A DNA stretch of 64,000 nucleotides from an uncultured bacterium (GTDB taxonomy: Bacteria; Vulcanimicrobiota; Vulcanimicrobiia; Vulcanimicrobiales; Vulcanimicrobiaceae). The stretch is taken from the NCBI GenBank assembly GCA_964483365.1, contig CAZABL010000006.1, positions 6,859 to 70,858 on the forward strand, written 5' to 3'. The notes under the pieces are model-generated. The model worked only from the letters and a program-made list of their open reading frames with translations, was not told the DNA's origin and ran no database searches. Both the position numbers and the translations under genes were made by a program. Of the stretch, positions 61,964-64,000 are shown piece after piece. Position 1 is the stretch's first letter; every line of letters starts with the position of its first letter.

Positions 61964-63733
61964 ATGACGAGCAGCGTTGTTCAGCCGATCGCAACCGACG
62001 AGCTTCGCGGACTCCTTGCGGCCGCAAGAGCGCTTCGTGTGCGTCTTGGGGACGCACGTGACCGGCTCGACGCGTCGGTGATCCGGCCCCTCACGGCGCT
62101 GCTTGGGGACGCCGCGAAGCCCGGCGCCGCTTCTGGGCTCGCGGATGACGACGCCGGCGCGGCGTTGTGGGAGCTCACCCTGCGCGCCACTGCGCTGTGC
62201 GTTGGCTCTCGCCGTCCCGCGGAGCTCCTCGAAGCGACGGCGGCGCTCCAAGATCTGTCGCTTCGCGCGGCATCGTCTGACGACGCGCAAGCGCGCCGAG
62301 CGCAGCTTCGTGGGCTGCTCGAACAACAGGTGCCGTCGATTCGCACCGCGGCGAAGGGTCCGCTGCTCGTCACCAACGTCGACGACGTGCACGACTGGCT
62401 CGGACAATCCCTCGCCGTCGCTCCGCTGGTCGCGCTGTGCCGCTGCGGCGCCTCGGCACACAAGCCGTACTGCGACGGCAGCCACGCCGCCGGATTCGAC
62501 GATGCGAAGGACCCCGGGCGGGTTGCAGATCGGCGCGACACGTACGTCGGTCAACAGGTCACGATCCTCGACAATCGCGGCACGTGTCAACACGCCGGCT
62601 TGTGCACGGACCGCCTGTCCACCGTGTTCCGCGTCAAAGAAGAGCCATTCGTTGCGCCGAGCGGCGGCCGCATGGATGAGATCATCCGCGCGGTGCGCGA
62701 TTGTCCCTCCGGTGCGCTGAGCTATGCGATCGACGGCGTCGAGGCGCGCGCGGATGTCGACCATCATGGCACGCGACCACCCGCGATCGAGATCTCGAAG
62801 GACGGACCGTATCGTGTCACGGGCGGTGTGGCGTTGCTCGACGCGAACGGCGACGAGGCGGTGTTGAACGCCGGCGCTTCGCGTGAGCACTACGCGCTGT
62901 GCCGTTGCGGACACGCGCAGAACAAGCCGTTCTGCACCGGGATGCACTGGTTCGTCGAGTTCCACGATCCGGTCCGTGCACCGAAGGACGCACCGACGAT
63001 CTTCGAATGGGCCGGTGGTCTTCCCGCGCTAACCCGCATGACGCGGCTGTTCTACGAGAAGTTCGTTCCCGCCGACGATCTGCTCGCGCCGCTCTTTGCG
63101 GAGATGTCAGCCGATCACCCGCAGCGCGTCGCGGCGTGGCTCGGTGAGGTCTTTGGTGGACCACCCGCTTACAGCGAAGAGTACGGCGGCTATCCGCGGA
63201 TGCTTTCGCAGCACGTTGGGAAGTGCCTCACCGAAGAGATGCGGGCACGCTGGGTGTCGCTGCTGCTGCAGTCCGCGCGCGAGGCCGGTCTGCCGAACGA
63301 CGCCGAGTTCCGGTCCGCGTTTGGGGCCTACATCGAATGGGGCTCGCGGCTGGCGGTCGAGAACTCGCAGACCGAGTCCCGTCCTCCGCTGCACATGCCG
63401 ATGCCGCACTGGGATTGGAACACCGCGGCAGGCCCGCCGGGAAGCCGCGTCTCGGCCCTCGCGCCGACGACACAGCCGGAGGAAACGATACCGCCTGCGC
63501 CCGCTCCCGGCGAGCGCGTGGAGTTCGGAAAGCACATCAAACCACTCTTCCGAGCACGCGATCGCAAGTCGATGCAGTTCGCGTTCGATCTCTGGTCATA
63601 CGCCGACGTCAACACGCACGCCGACGCGATCCTCGAGCGCGTCCGCGACGGGACGATGCCATGTGACGGCGCATGGCCCCAGGAACGCGTCGACACCTTC
63701 GCACGCTGGATCGCCGCCGGCAAACCGGAGTAG
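61964..63733 (+). CDS. Multi-cofactor fusion protein: helical N-domain, CDGSH, divergent 4Fe-4S, CDGSH-variant, group II truncated haemoglobin, unknown C-terminal domain
   Basis: ORF 61964..63733 (589 aa). CRCGASAHKPYCDGSH lies at aa 159-174. GTCQHAGLC...CPSGAL lies at aa 206-252. CRCGHAQNKPFCTGMH lies at aa 313-328. The globin-like region is aa ~343-465 (LFYEKFV, GGPPAYSEEYGGYPRMLSQH, ARWV). The C-terminal part contains IKPLFRARDRKSMQFAFDLWSYADV...DGTMPCDGAWP. Confidence 0.85.
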   Translation: MTSSVVQPIATDELRGLLAAARALRVRLGDARDRLDASVIRPLTALLGDAAKPGAASGLADDDAGAALWELTLRATALCVGSRRPAELLEATAALQDLSLRAASSDDAQARRAQLRGLLEQQVPSIRTAAKGPLLVTNVDDVHDWLGQSLAVAPLVALCRCGASAHKPYCDGSHAAGFDDAKDPGRVADRRDTYVGQQVTILDNRGTCQHAGLCTDRLSTVFRVKEEPFVAPSGGRMDEIIRAVRDCPSGALSYAIDGVEARADVDHHGTRPPAIEISKDGPYRVTGGVALLDANGDEAVLNAGASREHYALCRCGHAQNKPFCTGMHWFVEFHDPVRAPKDAPTIFEWAGGLPALTRMTRLFYEKFVPADDLLAPLFAEMSADHPQRVAAWLGEVFGGPPAYSEEYGGYPRMLSQHVGKCLTEEMRARWVSLLLQSAREAGLPNDAEFRSAFGAYIEWGSRLAVENSQTESRPPLHMPMPHWDWNTAAGPPGSRVSALAPTTQPEETIPPAPAPGERVEFGKHIKPLFRARDRKSMQFAFDLWSYADVNTHADAILERVRDGTMPCDGAWPQERVDTFARWIAAGKPE

Positions 63734-63764
63734 TAAGCCCCCACGTGACATGAAAGTCCCGCTT

Positions 63765-64000
63765 CTACGCGGCGGCGTACAATCGGAACTGGACGTAGAG
63801 CGCGATGAGCGCGAGGAGCCACGCGCTGCCCAGCAACAGGCCCCCGCAGATGTCGCTGAGGAAATGTGCGCCCAGCGCGATCCGCGACCACGGGATCGCC
63901 ACGACACACAAGCCCAGCAATGCCGCGATCACGGCTTGCACGGGACGCGGGAAGGGCCCGAACAGCACCAGCAACGCGAACCCGCCGTAGAAGACGACCG
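63765..64000 (-). CDS. PAP2-family phosphatase (5' part lies beyond the window edge)
   Basis: The frame of ORF 63765..63974 stays open upstream to position 64000 (..VVFYGGFALLVLFGP..). The C-terminal PAP2 motif is SRIALGAHFLSD. Confidence 0.65.
   Translation of the reverse strand, partial: VVFYGGFALLVLFGPFPRPVQAVIAALLGLCVVAIPWSRIALGAHFLSDICGGLLLGSAWLLALIALYVQFRLYAAA

Noticed and set aside
1-64000. rRNA, tRNA, CRISPR arrays, IS elements, integrases and prophage genes
   Set aside because: I scanned the few intergenic regions longer than 100 nt (10445-10691, 11844-11941, 16046-16155, 25432-25537, 47399-47590, 51517-51729, 60506-60699, 61747-61963) and the ORF list. I found no tRNA-like T-arm/acceptor pattern, no spaced short repeats, and no transposase- or recombinase-like proteins.

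Overview
This is a GC-rich (roughly two-thirds G+C by eye), very gene-dense bacterial chromosomal segment. I call about 60 protein-coding genes. I found no rRNA, tRNA, CRISPR array, transposase or integrase.

Many long ORFs in the track are Arg/Ala/Pro-rich shadow frames typical of high-GC DNA. Several real genes start well inside the listed ORF, often at GTG or TTG behind a GGAGG-type RBS.

Layout, left to right:
- 1-9.2 kb: housekeeping and sugar-acid genes. These are an exported hydrolase (partial at the window edge), a class II aldolase, hom, a GT-C glycosyltransferase, a TMEM175-like channel, and a PdxA2/DUF1537-kinase/KdgT acid-sugar module.
- 9.2-12.0 kb: a tandem ~1.39 kb duplication. 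It gives two paralogous beta-propeller lipoproteins and a relic of the lhr 3' end.
- 11.9-17.6 kb: an Lhr-type helicase and a membrane-bound GGDEF cyclase.
- 17.6-23.5 kb: a six-gene envelope operon. It encodes a secreted protein, two different ABC ATPases, a fused double-FtsX permease, an exported phosphoesterase and a GNAT.
- 23.5-46.9 kb: a large aromatic-catabolic island with a LysR regulator. Its core is a 19-gene, ~17 kb co-directional super-operon. The island holds three Rieske oxygenases, two LigB-type dioxygenases and one bicupin dioxygenase, LigJ/LigK/PhtD-like enzymes and three tandem RraA-fold genes. It also has five binding proteins with no cognate permease, and an embedded Pch2/TRIP13-like AAA+ ATPase.
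- 47-48.1 kb: a Fur-family regulator, a rhodanese and a small membrane protein.
- 48.1-51.5 kb: dnaE2 with a Cheo-type SOS box.
- 51.6-52.9 kb: a lower-GC insert with an XRE regulator, a decayed RelE/ParE-like toxin and a membrane protein.
- 52.9-61.7 kb: pirin, an arginase-fold protein, a ModF-like ATPase, PhzF, a lipid kinase, a hydrolase, a tannase-family esterase and a repeat-built lipoprotein.
- 61.9-63.7 kb: a multi-cofactor fusion protein (CDGSH, 4Fe-4S, CDGSH, truncated globin, unknown C-terminal domain).
- Right edge: a partial PAP2 phosphatase gene.

The most interesting candidates are the TRIP13-like remodeler inside the catabolic super-operon, the super-operon itself, the CDGSH-globin fusion, the envelope operon and the tandem duplication.

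All family assignments come from motif recognition by eye. No database search was run.
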